DNA from: Candidatus Shapirobacteria bacterium
GTDB lineage: Bacteria > Patescibacteriota > Microgenomatia > UBA12405
Assembly (NCBI GenBank): GCA_016188545.1
Contig: JACPHO010000001.1
Coordinates: 90,774 to 154,773 of the forward strand
Direction of reading: 5' to 3'
DNA: 64,000 nt
Shown here: positions 29,751 to 39,748 of the stretch, piece by piece
How the letters are laid out: every line of letters begins with the position of its first letter
Numbering within the stretch: position 1 is the first letter of the stretch
Made by a program: the position numbers and the translations under genes
Notes under the pieces: model-generated
What the model saw: the letters and a program-made list of their open reading frames with translations, nothing else
Told to the model about the DNA's origin: nothing
Database searches by the model: none

Positions 29751-30518
29751 ATGTTAACTACAAATCAATTAAAAGATTTTTCAAAAATACTAAAAATAAA
29801 TGACAGTGTTGTGGCTCGGGAATATATTCAAACACTATTTCTAAAAGAATTATATGAAGAAAAATATAGCCAAAATATATTTTTCAAAGGGGGTACAGCC
29901 ATTAGACTAATTTTTGGTGGCTCCCGTTTCTCTGAAGATTTGGATTTTACAGTTAACGAAAATATCGAAGACTTTAACAATTTTATTAATAAGTTTTTCC
30001 GGAAAGTAAATAAGTTACATGGATTTACATTTAAGAAAAGAATTACAATTACCGGACTAAAGTATTTACTCACTGCTAATTCGGATAATGCGAATCATTC
30101 GGTATTTATCAGTCTTGATTTTTCATTTCGGGAAAAAGTTTTAAAACCTGATCAATCAATAATTATCACCCCCTATCCGGTAATTTTTACTTCTTTTGTC
30201 AGACACCTGTCAGCTGAAGAAATCACCGCCGAAAAAGTTCGTGCTATCATGACCAGAAATAAAGGCCGTGACATTTATGACTTATGGTTTTTATTAAGTA
30301 AAAATATTTCTCTAAAAAAAGATTTAATAGAGGAAAAACTTAAGTATTACCAAATTAAGTCCTTTGATCAAAAAGCATTAATGGACAGAATAAGAGTTTT
30401 TAATCGTGACAAATTCGTGCTTGATTTAAGGCCGTTTGTTCCCATCAATGAGAGGGCTAAACTGCCCGACTTTTTTGATTTCACCCTGGCTTTCATAAAG
30501 ACAAAATTGCATTCCTGA
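29751..30518 (+). CDS. Type IV TA toxin, AbiEii nucleotidyltransferase
   Basis: FKGGTAIR..RFSEDLDF, AEKVRA..R..GRDIYDL. Confidence 0.92.
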   Translation: MLTTNQLKDFSKILKINDSVVAREYIQTLFLKELYEEKYSQNIFFKGGTAIRLIFGGSRFSEDLDFTVNENIEDFNNFINKFFRKVNKLHGFTFKKRITITGLKYLLTANSDNANHSVFISLDFSFREKVLKPDQSIIITPYPVIFTSFVRHLSAEEITAEKVRAIMTRNKGRDIYDLWFLLSKNISLKKDLIEEKLKYYQIKSFDQKALMDRIRVFNRDKFVLDLRPFVPINERAKLPDFFDFTLAFIKTKLHS

Positions 30519-30600
30519 TTTCATCCATGGCGTTGAGCACTTCTTCCATCTGACTATTATGATGAAACTATTCTCGAATCTTTTAACGGTATAATGGGAT

Positions 30601-31056
30601 ATGTTAATTAGGAATGTTGATAAAAATGATTTTGAGTCAATTAAAGAAATAAAACCTGTAATTGATTCGGTGACATTCGACGATCGGATTTTGCGACAGG
30701 CAAAAGGTGATGTAGATTTTTTGGTTTTGGAAGATAATGGAGATTTAAAATGTTTTGTGTTACTCAAGTGGAAAGGTAAAGATACCCACCCTGAATATCC
30801 TGATATTGAAGATCTATATACAAAAGCGTCAGAAAGGGGCAAAAAATATGGGTCAACACTAATTGCAGAATGTGAAAAAATGGTAAGGGAAAAAGGATTT
30901 AATAAAATTGGGTTGGCTGTAAATCCTAATGAAAATTGTTCAGCTCACAAACTTTATAAAAGGTTAGGTTTCAATGATACAGGCGAAAAAACTTATATTG
31001 ATGGTGTTTATAATGGAGTAGAGGATTGGTGTATTGATATGGAGAAATCCATTTGA
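30601..31056 (+). CDS. GNAT acetyltransferase
   Basis: ERGKKYGSTLI (acetyl-CoA motif), AHKLYKRLGF. Confidence 0.88.
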   Translation: MLIRNVDKNDFESIKEIKPVIDSVTFDDRILRQAKGDVDFLVLEDNGDLKCFVLLKWKGKDTHPEYPDIEDLYTKASERGKKYGSTLIAECEKMVREKGFNKIGLAVNPNENCSAHKLYKRLGFNDTGEKTYIDGVYNGVEDWCIDMEKSI

Positions 31057-31125
31057 TAGTTCTAAAATTATTCCTTGTCCGAGAGTATTTGTACTACCGT
31101 AGGCATGCGAGTCCCAAAATCTCAT

Positions 31126-31884
31126 CTAACCCAGTAGTTGCCTGGCAAGAAGCTTTCGTTTATAGACGTAAGTCATCCCCAACACCACAATCAATACATA
31201 CAGTACTGGGTAAAACATCGATCCATCAAGCGGCGAGCTTGGTTGTCGCAAAAAATGGATGATTAATCTACATGCGCTAAACCATGTCCAAAAAATTATC
31301 GTCGCCGCTCCGTTTTTCATTTTCCTCTTTAAGACAATCGTCGCTATCATCGACCCCATCAGTGCCGCTATCAATTCATAAATTTGTGTCGGGTGTACCG
31401 GATGCACTTCAAAAATTTCTCCACCCTCTTGTCTTAGCTGATATATATGAGCTGGACTAAAAGGAGCAAACTTTACTCCCCAGGGTAGGGTAGTTTCAGT
31501 TCCAAAACAGCAGCCGTGTAAATAGCACCCCACCCGTATTAGAGCAATTCCAATCCCTACAAATGGTGTCGTCACATCCGCCAGCTTTATTGGATTAATT
31601 TTTAGTAGCCTCGCGGCCATAAACCCCATAGCCATGGCCACCATTATTCCGCCATAAAGCGAAAAATTATGAAAATTCCAATCCCAATAACTAACTTTAT
31701 TATTTTGCAAATTAGTCAATACATACAATCCTCTAGCTCCCACAAATGCTCCAGTCGCGGCCATCAAAAGTGTTATAAGCACTTTCACCCCCGCCATTTT
31801 TCGCTTAGTTGCCGCCACTCCAGTCCCACCCACCACTACTACCGCAGCCAGTATACAAAAAGTCGAGTAAGGCCACAGTTCCAT
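31126..31884 (-). CDS. lgt: Prolipoprotein diacylglyceryl transferase family protein
   Basis: VGARGLY, SLYGG, RVGCYLHGCCFG, HPTQIYE. Confidence 0.85.
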   Translation of the reverse strand: MELWPYSTFCILAAVVVVGGTGVAATKRKMAGVKVLITLLMAATGAFVGARGLYVLTNLQNNKVSYWDWNFHNFSLYGGIMVAMAMGFMAARLLKINPIKLADVTTPFVGIGIALIRVGCYLHGCCFGTETTLPWGVKFAPFSPAHIYQLRQEGGEIFEVHPVHPTQIYELIAALMGSMIATIVLKRKMKNGAATIIFWTWFSACRLIIHFLRQPSSPLDGSMFYPVLYVLIVVLGMTYVYKRKLLARQLLG

Positions 31885-33971
31885 TATTGTTTGGTCAATG
31901 ACAAACGCATTGTTGCCTTAAAAAAATTGACTACACTCGCCCGCATTGTCCCGCTCATTTTATACGCACTACCCTCGACCGACGGGGTCAGGCTGATTGT
32001 CGCCACCACTCCTTTTTGGGTCATTGTCGCTCTAATTACTCCATTTTCATAGACAAAAGGCATGGCTTGGGCATTCTTACCACTGCCGCCGGTTATCGTT
32101 CCACCGGTTTCTCCCGATGGGCTCAAACTGAACTGCGCCTCCTGTTCTTTACCTATCCCACTCTTAGCATTCTTTTTTACATCTTCCCAGTCGATTTTGT
32201 CAAAATCCAGTTCCTCACAACCTTCCTTTTTCAGTTCGTCCTTAACTGTCTGGGGTACTTCATCGGGTATTTCCATGTCCGTTGTTACGCTCGTCCCTTT
32301 CCACACTCCGGCCAAATCGGCTAGTTTTGGATACATCATTATTCCAAATCTATCCTGTAAAAATTTGGCATATTCATCCTTCCCTTTTTCCCCACTAAAA
32401 TAAATCCTTGTCCCCTGTACCAAGTCCTCGAGCGATAATTTTCCGTCCACCAATAGTCCAGTCTTATCGGTTATTTCTCCTCGCTTGGTGTCCTTCATCA
32501 TTTTTTGGGCAAAATGCCACAACACATCCAGTTTATTTTCGTAGTCAAACCCCTTATCTAATCCGGATGGCCCCAGTGTCGAATCAAAAAAGTTGGCTTT
32601 CTGAAAAGCGTCCACGATTGCCCTAAGTCTTTCTTCTTCGGCAGCAAATTGCGCTTCCTTTTCTTCTCTTAGTTTGAATTGTTGTTTAAAAGTATTTTTG
32701 ACACTATCCCTTATCGCATCTTTTTGCTCATCAGTCAGTCCTTTCATACCCGCTTCAATTCGGGCATTATTCTCTTTTTCTATCGCCTCAATTTCCAGTT
32801 GTCTTCTTATTCCTCTCATCTGGTCCCACACCGAGTCAAAATCACCCTTATCTACATCGTAGCCATAGAAAAATGCCAAAGACCCCTGTTTATAGGCCAT
32901 ATATGCCGCTTCAACTTCGGAATTTTTCCAGCTGTCAATTTGCGACTGGGCCACAATAATTGCAATTTTTCCAGCAGTAGTAATCAAAAATTTATCAGCA
33001 ATTTGTTCCCCAATTATTTTGGCCGCGTCTTTATATTGCCCCTCAGCCGCATATCCCGCTGCTTTGGCCAAGGCCTGGATATCCCCAGGGGACTCGCCAG
33101 CAGCATAGCGCTTGGCCGCATCTTCAAAAAATACTTTTGGTATGTGCTCGGCAATCTTCCCTCCCACGATCATGGCAATTTTCTTGTGGGCTTCGTATGG
33201 GTCGCCGGTTCCGTAGAATTTACTAATTTCCTGATAACTCGGGTCCTTCATCAATTCTTCCCGTACTTTGTCTCTGGCAGATTTATCAACAATTCCCATT
33301 TTATCCATGGTCATTGCCATAATTTTTTCTGCCGCCTGGTCGGAGGCACCATTCAGGTTTCCGGTTAGCTGACTACCCACAGCAGTAGTATGAATCCACT
33401 TGGCGGTTACCACTCCTTGGTTATTCACACTCGCCGGACCATAGGTCGAAAAATGATAAGTCCCCAGCACCATCGTTCCGTTTTGGGTATCAATCTTTTC
33501 TGGTTTAATGTATTCCCATTTACTCCCATCGTAATAGGCTATCCGCAGTTTTGATTTATCACTTTCCTCCTTCAGAGTTGCTGGGTCAAATTTAAAAGTA
33601 ATTAGCGCTTTTTCGTTCAACCGTGCATTACCACCTCCGGCATTTATTTCTATCGGGGAGCCCAATACATCAATTTCGTTTTTATCATAATCTGGTACTT
33701 TTTCCGGAGTCGCCAGGTTAATCTCCATCTCTCCATCAAACGATCCCTTGGCTACCGCCACGGCTACTTTGTTTACCCCAATATCTCCCAACTTAGTCTC
33801 ATTTTCTTTGCCGGTCTTGGCCTTCAATGGCTCAGCTATCGTCTTTTCATACTGCCACTTGGTGGTTGGGTTTTGGCTAGTTATCGGTGCTTTCTTGCCA
33901 TATTTTGAAAAAGCCACTATTCCCCCTATGGCTAATATGATTACTCCACCTATCATGCTTATTTTCTTCAC
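31884..33971 (-). CDS. Large membrane-anchored surface protein with a ZU5/GAIN-like HFS-motif domain
   Basis: N-terminal TM, beta-rich domain ending YYDGSKWEY...YHFSTYG, helical middle; stop overlaps the lgt start; GTG at 33971 follows TATAAT (ORF track starts at 34010). Confidence 0.7.
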   Translation of the reverse strand: MKKISMIGGVIILAIGGIVAFSKYGKKAPITSQNPTTKWQYEKTIAEPLKAKTGKENETKLGDIGVNKVAVAVAKGSFDGEMEINLATPEKVPDYDKNEIDVLGSPIEINAGGGNARLNEKALITFKFDPATLKEESDKSKLRIAYYDGSKWEYIKPEKIDTQNGTMVLGTYHFSTYGPASVNNQGVVTAKWIHTTAVGSQLTGNLNGASDQAAEKIMAMTMDKMGIVDKSARDKVREELMKDPSYQEISKFYGTGDPYEAHKKIAMIVGGKIAEHIPKVFFEDAAKRYAAGESPGDIQALAKAAGYAAEGQYKDAAKIIGEQIADKFLITTAGKIAIIVAQSQIDSWKNSEVEAAYMAYKQGSLAFFYGYDVDKGDFDSVWDQMRGIRRQLEIEAIEKENNARIEAGMKGLTDEQKDAIRDSVKNTFKQQFKLREEKEAQFAAEEERLRAIVDAFQKANFFDSTLGPSGLDKGFDYENKLDVLWHFAQKMMKDTKRGEITDKTGLLVDGKLSLEDLVQGTRIYFSGEKGKDEYAKFLQDRFGIMMYPKLADLAGVWKGTSVTTDMEIPDEVPQTVKDELKKEGCEELDFDKIDWEDVKKNAKSGIGKEQEAQFSLSPSGETGGTITGGSGKNAQAMPFVYENGVIRATMTQKGVVATISLTPSVEGSAYKMSGTMRASVVNFFKATMRLSLTKQ

Positions 33972-34144
33972 TTCACCGCAATTATATACCTTATGTAATT
34001 TAAACAACAAATATTGCTCATTACGTTGAGTTTGCTTACCTACTGAGATGGAGGAACAATTGAAAGCAATAGTTAACTCTTACTTGTGGCAATACCATAT
34101 TTAGGTCCTTGTTTACTGTGTTAAACCAAATATAATTAAGAGTA

Positions 34145-35446
34145 ATGGAAGCAAAATTTACATTTGTTGACTTATTTGCTGGTATCGGTGGCTTTAGGAT
34201 GGCGTTGCAAAGGTGCAGCGGGGAGTGCTTGGGATTTTCCGAGATAGACAAAAATGCCATCGCAACTTATGAAAATAATTTTATCGATTCAGTCTTTGAA
34301 TGGAACTTGGGCGATATAACTAGAGTGGGTAAATTACAAAGTCAGGTGGATATGCTTGTTGGAGGAGTGCCTTGCCAATCATGGTCTGTAGCAGGGAAGA
34401 AACTTGGATTTGACGACCCAAGAGGTAAATTATGGCACGACGCAATAAGATTAGTTGAAATCAATCGTCCAAAAGTTTTCATATTTGAAAACGTTAAGGG
34501 TTTGGCTGATCCGAGAAACAAAAGGAATCTGTTACTTATTGTAAGCGAATTGGAAAAGGCCGGATATTCAGTCGCAAAACCCCAGCTTTTGAACTCGTAT
34601 GATTTCGGACTGCCGCAAAATCGGGAAAGGATTTTTATAGTGGGATTCAGGAACGATGTTAAATTAAAGGTGCCCTTCAGTTATCCGAAACCTATGGGTA
34701 CAACTCCGAGACTTTACTCATTCTTGGATGGAGTAAAAAAATCTGAATTCAAAAAAAGTAAAGTCGATCCGAAAGTCCTATTTGATGGAAAAATACCATT
34801 TTCAAGAAACAAGTTCCAAAAAAGTGATGAGTTGAATGATTTCTTTATCTTTTGTGACACTAGAAATGGTCATTCAACAATTCATTCGTGGGATTTAATT
34901 GAAACATCGGAAAAAGAAAAAAACATTGGCATGACTTTCTTAAAAAATAGAAGGAAAAAAATATATGGAAACAAGGATGGTAACCCAATGTCTTTTGATG
35001 ACTTAAAACGCTTGATTCCGGATTTGACCCACTCTGATTTGACTGGATTGGTTGAAAAGAAAATTATTAGAATTGTCGGTGATAAATTCGACTTGGTTAA
35101 TTCAAAGAACTCATCCGGAATAAATGGTATCTATAGGATTTTCCTTCCCGATTCGAACATATTTTCAACACTTACTGCCACGGGCACAAGGGATCATGTC
35201 GCCACTGAGACGGTAACCGGGGAAAATCCGAAGGAATTCAAGTCCTTATTTATAAAAAACATATACAATGCCGGAAAATATAGGATGCTCACCCCAAGTG
35301 AGGCCGGGCTCTTGCAAGGCTTTGTCGGTTTTAAGCCTCATCCGTCTGCAAGTGTGGCCATGAAACAATTTGGAAATGCCGTGTCGGTAAATGTTGTCGA
35401 AAACCTAATGTTGTCAGTCCTTAAAACGGGTATCTTCGAAAAGTAG
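34145..35446 (+). CDS. DNA (cytosine-5) methyltransferase
   Basis: DLFAGIGG, GGVPCQSWS, ENVKGL, QNRERIF, KQFGNAV. Confidence 0.95.
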   Translation: MEAKFTFVDLFAGIGGFRMALQRCSGECLGFSEIDKNAIATYENNFIDSVFEWNLGDITRVGKLQSQVDMLVGGVPCQSWSVAGKKLGFDDPRGKLWHDAIRLVEINRPKVFIFENVKGLADPRNKRNLLLIVSELEKAGYSVAKPQLLNSYDFGLPQNRERIFIVGFRNDVKLKVPFSYPKPMGTTPRLYSFLDGVKKSEFKKSKVDPKVLFDGKIPFSRNKFQKSDELNDFFIFCDTRNGHSTIHSWDLIETSEKEKNIGMTFLKNRRKKIYGNKDGNPMSFDDLKRLIPDLTHSDLTGLVEKKIIRIVGDKFDLVNSKNSSGINGIYRIFLPDSNIFSTLTATGTRDHVATETVTGENPKEFKSLFIKNIYNAGKYRMLTPSEAGLLQGFVGFKPHPSASVAMKQFGNAVSVNVVENLMLSVLKTGIFEK

Positions 35447-35463
35447 GGTGATATACTTGTCAT

Positions 35464-36165
35464 GTGAATACCAAATACAGTGAAGAAGTTTTAACCAAGC
35501 TTAAGGCTTGGATGAAAGAGAGTTTGATTAAGAACCACTATGCCAACACCTTAGCACTAAAAGATCCCAACAAACTTGATATAAATCCGTTTACTACACC
35601 ATATTTGTCATATTTCTTGACCGGCAAAGTCGATGCAGAGGGTTTGGCTAAAGTAATGGTGTATCCAAGGTCACTTGGTACATCAATTTCGACCTCATTT
35701 GGATCAGGTATACAGAAATTTATTGTAAAGAATTTAAGCGCCGATGGTTCAATGATTGATGGGATTGATTTCCAGTTTGACGATAAAGTTGATGGAAGAA
35801 GGAAGTATTGTCAGTTGAAGTCTGGGCCTAATGTATTAAATTTTGACGATGTTACAACAATCAAAAATCATTTTGTGCAGGCTTTGAGAAGAGCAAGAGA
35901 AAATCACGTACCAATAGTCCATTCCGATTTAGTCCTATGCATAATTTACGGAAGTGACGCCAAACTTAACTCTTTTATTAAGAAAGTAAAAGAGGATTAT
36001 GATGTTTATATTGGTAAAGAGTTTTGGTATAGGTTGACTGGTGATCCAGACTTTTATGACAAAGCCACAACTGCGATGCTTGAGATAGCCAAAGAATTAG
36101 ACATGGACGGAGTTGTGGAGAATGTTGTCAAGGAGTTGTCCTCCAATTTAAAATTTAGAAAATAA
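35464..36165 (+). CDS. Type II restriction endonuclease (PmeII/EcoO109I-like)
   Basis: Directly after the MTase; INPF, STSFG, GIDF...QLKSGPN (PD-(D/E)xK-like). Confidence 0.75.
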   Translation: MNTKYSEEVLTKLKAWMKESLIKNHYANTLALKDPNKLDINPFTTPYLSYFLTGKVDAEGLAKVMVYPRSLGTSISTSFGSGIQKFIVKNLSADGSMIDGIDFQFDDKVDGRRKYCQLKSGPNVLNFDDVTTIKNHFVQALRRARENHVPIVHSDLVLCIIYGSDAKLNSFIKKVKEDYDVYIGKEFWYRLTGDPDFYDKATTAMLEIAKELDMDGVVENVVKELSSNLKFRK

Positions 36166-36352
36166 CTTTTTGGAAATGTTTTCAAGTTAAACAAGGTCAA
36201 GTTTGATACTACTACTCCAGTTAATGTAGTTCCGAGGCGAGTGTTAAGACAGCTCGATAGGACAGCAATATCGAGTTCACTTGCTGGGAGAGGAGTCAGT
36301 AACTACTCGATGAAATAGCGTCCCATTAATTTTGACTGTCGGAGCACTACCC

Positions 36353-37141
36353 TTACTCACAATACTCACTCTCCCTTCCACTCGTACCATCAGACGACGG
36401 TAATGCCAATACTTTTACCCTGTCTTCAACCGAAATCCAGTCAAACCAACACACGGCATATTGATATGTTTCCGAGGTATGGGCAGCCGCCCACGCAGGA
36501 TCTTGGGAGGCTTTGTTTTTCTGTCGATAGTCGTACACTCCCCAGTCCAAAAAAGTATTGTTGCCATTTTTACTGGTGCCGTTTTTGGTCATCCCGACTG
36601 CCGTCGCGATCACTTCCCCCGCTTTTATTTCCATCGGAGGATTTACCTGAGTAGTTCGCGAGTCCATACCTTGTGGTAAGGGAAACTTATTGGCAATTTC
36701 TTGAAATTTTGGTGACAGGGTTAATAGGTGTCCCAGTCGGTAGCGGATCCCGCACGAGTTCTCAAAATCAAAAGTATATTGAATATCCCCCGTGTTGACT
36801 GGATACCTTGCTCCGGCTATCACCTTAGCATCTATCGGCGCCTTGACTACAATGTCGCTCGGAAGAGAATTCTCAAATCTAAATCCTCCGTGAGCTTTGA
36901 ATTCTCCTCCTCGAATCTGACCAGGGTACAGCACCGAGGTTACTCTATCGATCTCAATTGGTAAGGGGAAAATAAATGGATCTGGACATGTTGGCCTCTC
37001 ACCGCTATATATTGTTCCAAATTCTTCACGATTAAAGACTGGTGATCGACCCGATTTTAAAATAACTCCTCCGGCAACAAGAATGGCCGCGGCAGTAAAT
37101 CCAATAATAATTAAAATTCGTTTTTGTCGCCCAATCATCAC
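36353..37141 (-). CDS. Hypothetical membrane-anchored protein with an M23-like fold
   Basis: N-terminal TM; AHGG, VKAPIDA, GHL, IKAGEVIA. Confidence 0.6.
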   Translation of the reverse strand: MMIGRQKRILIIIGFTAAAILVAGGVILKSGRSPVFNREEFGTIYSGERPTCPDPFIFPLPIEIDRVTSVLYPGQIRGGEFKAHGGFRFENSLPSDIVVKAPIDAKVIAGARYPVNTGDIQYTFDFENSCGIRYRLGHLLTLSPKFQEIANKFPLPQGMDSRTTQVNPPMEIKAGEVIATAVGMTKNGTSKNGNNTFLDWGVYDYRQKNKASQDPAWAAAHTSETYQYAVCWFDWISVEDRVKVLALPSSDGTSGRESEYCE

Positions 37142-37230
37142 TTCATCTTATCAGGTTAACACTTGGTAATTTAAGTTTCAAAATAAATTCAACCAGTCTT
37201 AACTCAATATACGATTTTGCCACATAGCCA

Positions 37231-37288
37231 GGTGTTGTTACCAAGCAACACCCTTGACTTTTTTAAGTGTTGTATGTAATATACAACA
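37231..37288. promoter_or_regulatory. Two TGTTG/CAACA inverted repeats flanking a -35 box
   Basis: GGTGTTG-N8-CAACACC (37231-37252), TTGACT (37254), TGTTGTAT-N5-ATACAACA (37268-37288). Confidence 0.55.
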
Positions 37289-37321
37289 GAGCAGGATTTA
37301 GTTGTTTAGTATGGAGGGCGA

Positions 37322-37679
37322 TATGAACTTTGGCGAATTTATCCGCAATAAACGATTGAGTTTAGACAAATCCTTAAGAGAATTTTGTAAAGAAACTGGT
37401 TACGATGTCGCTTATGTCTCTAGACTAGAAACAGAGATTATGACGCCACCAGCAGAAGAAGACAAACTTGCAAAATTAGCTTTGGCTTACCAAATAAAAA
37501 ATGATTCTGAGGATTGGCACCAATTTATGGACCTTGCATCTATAAGTAACAAACAGTTACCAAAAAACTTAGACGCAAAGGTTATTAACTACCTTCCGGC
37601 ATTTTTTAGGAAAGCATCCAAAAAAGAAATAACCAAAAAAGACGTTGAAACGCTGGTGAATTTGATAAAAGGTAAATAA
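37322..37679 (+). CDS. XRE-family HTH transcriptional regulator
   Basis: GGAGG before the ATG; FGEFIRNKR..SLREFC..YVSRLET. Confidence 0.85.
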
Positions 37680-37685
37680 CTGGGC

Positions 37686-38298
37686 ATGATTCCTTATCTA
37701 GATAATGACACCATCTTTCACAAAGCAAATGATTTTCTATCAAAATACCACATCTCATTTGACTGCCCTATCCCAATTGATTTGATAGCCGAAAAAAGCC
37801 TCGGCTTAACCATCTTTCCAGTTACCAATCTTGAAAGGTATTGTGAAGTCCATGGTGGAATAAGTAGGGACTTCAAGACAATTTTGGTTGACGAAAAGCA
37901 ATATAAACCAAGAATACCGAACTAGGTTTACAATTGCTCACGAAATTGGGCATCTTGTCCTACACTCCGGCTTATTTTCTGAAATATCCAAAATATCAAC
38001 CGACAAAGAGTATATAGATTTCCAAAATCATATTAGTATCGACGATCATCGAAAACTCGAAATTCAAGCAAATTTCTTTGCCGAAGAGGTTTTGTTTCCA
38101 AAGGATGTTTTTAGAGAAACCGTAGAAAAAGTTATTGGAGAACTAGGCGGTATTGACAAATTATTGCCAACTGATTTAAGTTTAGTTATGTCTACAATAG
38201 AAAAGGGATTCGGTGTTACTGGTATTGCGGCATACAATAAATTCAAGCGAGATTATCCAGAAGTGCTTGACAGAGTGCTCGTTAATTCTCCCTTTTAA
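37686..38298 (+). pseudogene. ImmA/IrrE metallopeptidase, frameshifted near 37905
   Basis: N-half PIPIDLIAE; C-half RTRFTIAHEIGHLVLH..EIQANFFA in another frame. Confidence 0.85.
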
Positions 38299-38354
38299 TA
38301 CTGCATCCTTAAACAATCAAATCCGATCTACCTATTACTAACTACAATCTCATT

Positions 38355-39032
38355 GTGCCACCCACACTCTCCAAAAAACTCTCTTGGTTGCTTCTTATTT
38401 CTCTTTTTACTTTCGACGCCGGCATTTCTTACTGGGCTGTTGTCTTTAGAAACGCCCATGAAGCCAACCCGGCGATTAAATCTATCGTCGAAACCTACCC
38501 ACTTCTTTACTTTCTCACTGTTCCAGCGCTCATCCCAATCATGTATCTAGTTTATAAAGCCCTGTACTTATTGGTTCACAAGTTATTCAATAATGTCAGT
38601 CAAGAAATCACCGAAATAGTTATTCTAACAGCACTCGTCATTTACTGGATTCTTGGCAACTCATCCATCAACCTCCTCTTCTTATTTGGGTACAAACAAG
38701 AATCCTATATCTGGTATCAAACTGCTATCCTTGCCATTATTCCCGCCACTATTTATTCAGTACTTATTTTGAAAAGACAGTCGGGAAAAACATTTGATGA
38801 GAACATAGGACTTACAGATTTGGTGTCCATAATTAGAGTTCCGAAAAAGCCACATTCAAAAAAACATAAAAGTGATTTGGAAATGATAAAAGGGGATAGG
38901 GTTGGTCGAGATGGTAGAAAAGCATTTGTTTATCAGGTAGTTGACAGAAGAGACAACCATTATAAAAAATTTGTTAAGGTGGGTGACAAGGTGATAAAAG
39001 ACGTTGATGGCAGGCTAAAAGATCACCAATAA
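38355..39032 (+). CDS. Membrane protein with an unrelated charged C-terminal domain
   Basis: Four TM helices including a HEANP motif, then a K/D-rich tail with a composition change near 38770. Confidence 0.55.
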   Translation: MPPTLSKKLSWLLLISLFTFDAGISYWAVVFRNAHEANPAIKSIVETYPLLYFLTVPALIPIMYLVYKALYLLVHKLFNNVSQEITEIVILTALVIYWILGNSSINLLFLFGYKQESYIWYQTAILAIIPATIYSVLILKRQSGKTFDENIGLTDLVSIIRVPKKPHSKKHKSDLEMIKGDRVGRDGRKAFVYQVVDRRDNHYKKFVKVGDKVIKDVDGRLKDHQ

Positions 39033-39095
39033 TAAGTTTGCATTAATAGACTCAATTTTTTGTCCCTCCATCCACCAACTTGATATAATATCTCA

Positions 39096-39401
39096 ATGAC
39101 CAAAAACCCCCTCATCAACGCCCTAAGTGCTTCTGCCTACATAGTCCTGGTTGTCTCGGTAATGACATTAATTACCCAACCACTAAAAAATAAACCCGAT
39201 ACTTTCTTTGCCCCGATCACCTTTTTGTCAGTTCTCACTCTCTCGGTTACCGTCATGGCATTTTTATTTTTTTATCAGCCCCTTCAACTTTTTATCGATG
39301 GTAAGAAAAAAGTAGCTGTGAATCTCTTTGTAAAAACCGTTGGTATTTTTGCAGTTATTACCTTAGTTATTTTAGCCCTGCTTTTTGCCGGTCTGATCTA
39401 G
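39096..39401 (+). CDS. Small membrane protein
   Basis: Three TM helices; TATAAT 5 nt before the ATG. Confidence 0.7.
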   Translation: MTKNPLINALSASAYIVLVVSVMTLITQPLKNKPDTFFAPITFLSVLTLSVTVMAFLFFYQPLQLFIDGKKKVAVNLFVKTVGIFAVITLVILALLFAGLI

Positions 39402-39416
39402 AAGTAGACATCGTCT

Positions 39417-39683
39417 ATGTGCCGCAGTATCAAACCATTATTCAATTACTATCCACCTGCAACTTCAGATGAAATCCACGACGCCTCAGTCCAGTTTGTC
39501 AAAAAAATTTCCGGATTCAGTAAGCCGTCCAAAATCAACGAAGCATTCTACAGCAATGCCATAAATGAAATCGACAAAATATCTCAAAAGTTACTTTGCT
39601 CCCTAATAACTAACTCAGAACCGAAGAGTCGAGAAGTAGAAAATAAAAAAGCTCTTGATAGAGCCCTTAAAAGATTCGGGTAA
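39417..39683 (+). CDS. DUF2277 family protein
   Basis: MCRSIKPLFNYYPPATSDEIHDASVQFVKKISGFSKPS signature. Confidence 0.85.
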   Translation: MCRSIKPLFNYYPPATSDEIHDASVQFVKKISGFSKPSKINEAFYSNAINEIDKISQKLLCSLITNSEPKSREVENKKALDRALKRFG

Positions 39684-39748
39684 CTTGATAAGATTTCAAC
39701 TCCTACCAAATTAGTAGACGTTTCATCAGAAGAATTGTAAAATTATAT

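Noticed and set aside
32679-33368. 229-aa plus-strand ORF and other antisense ORFs in the track
   Set aside because: Shadow frames of well-supported genes on the opposite strand, with no motifs
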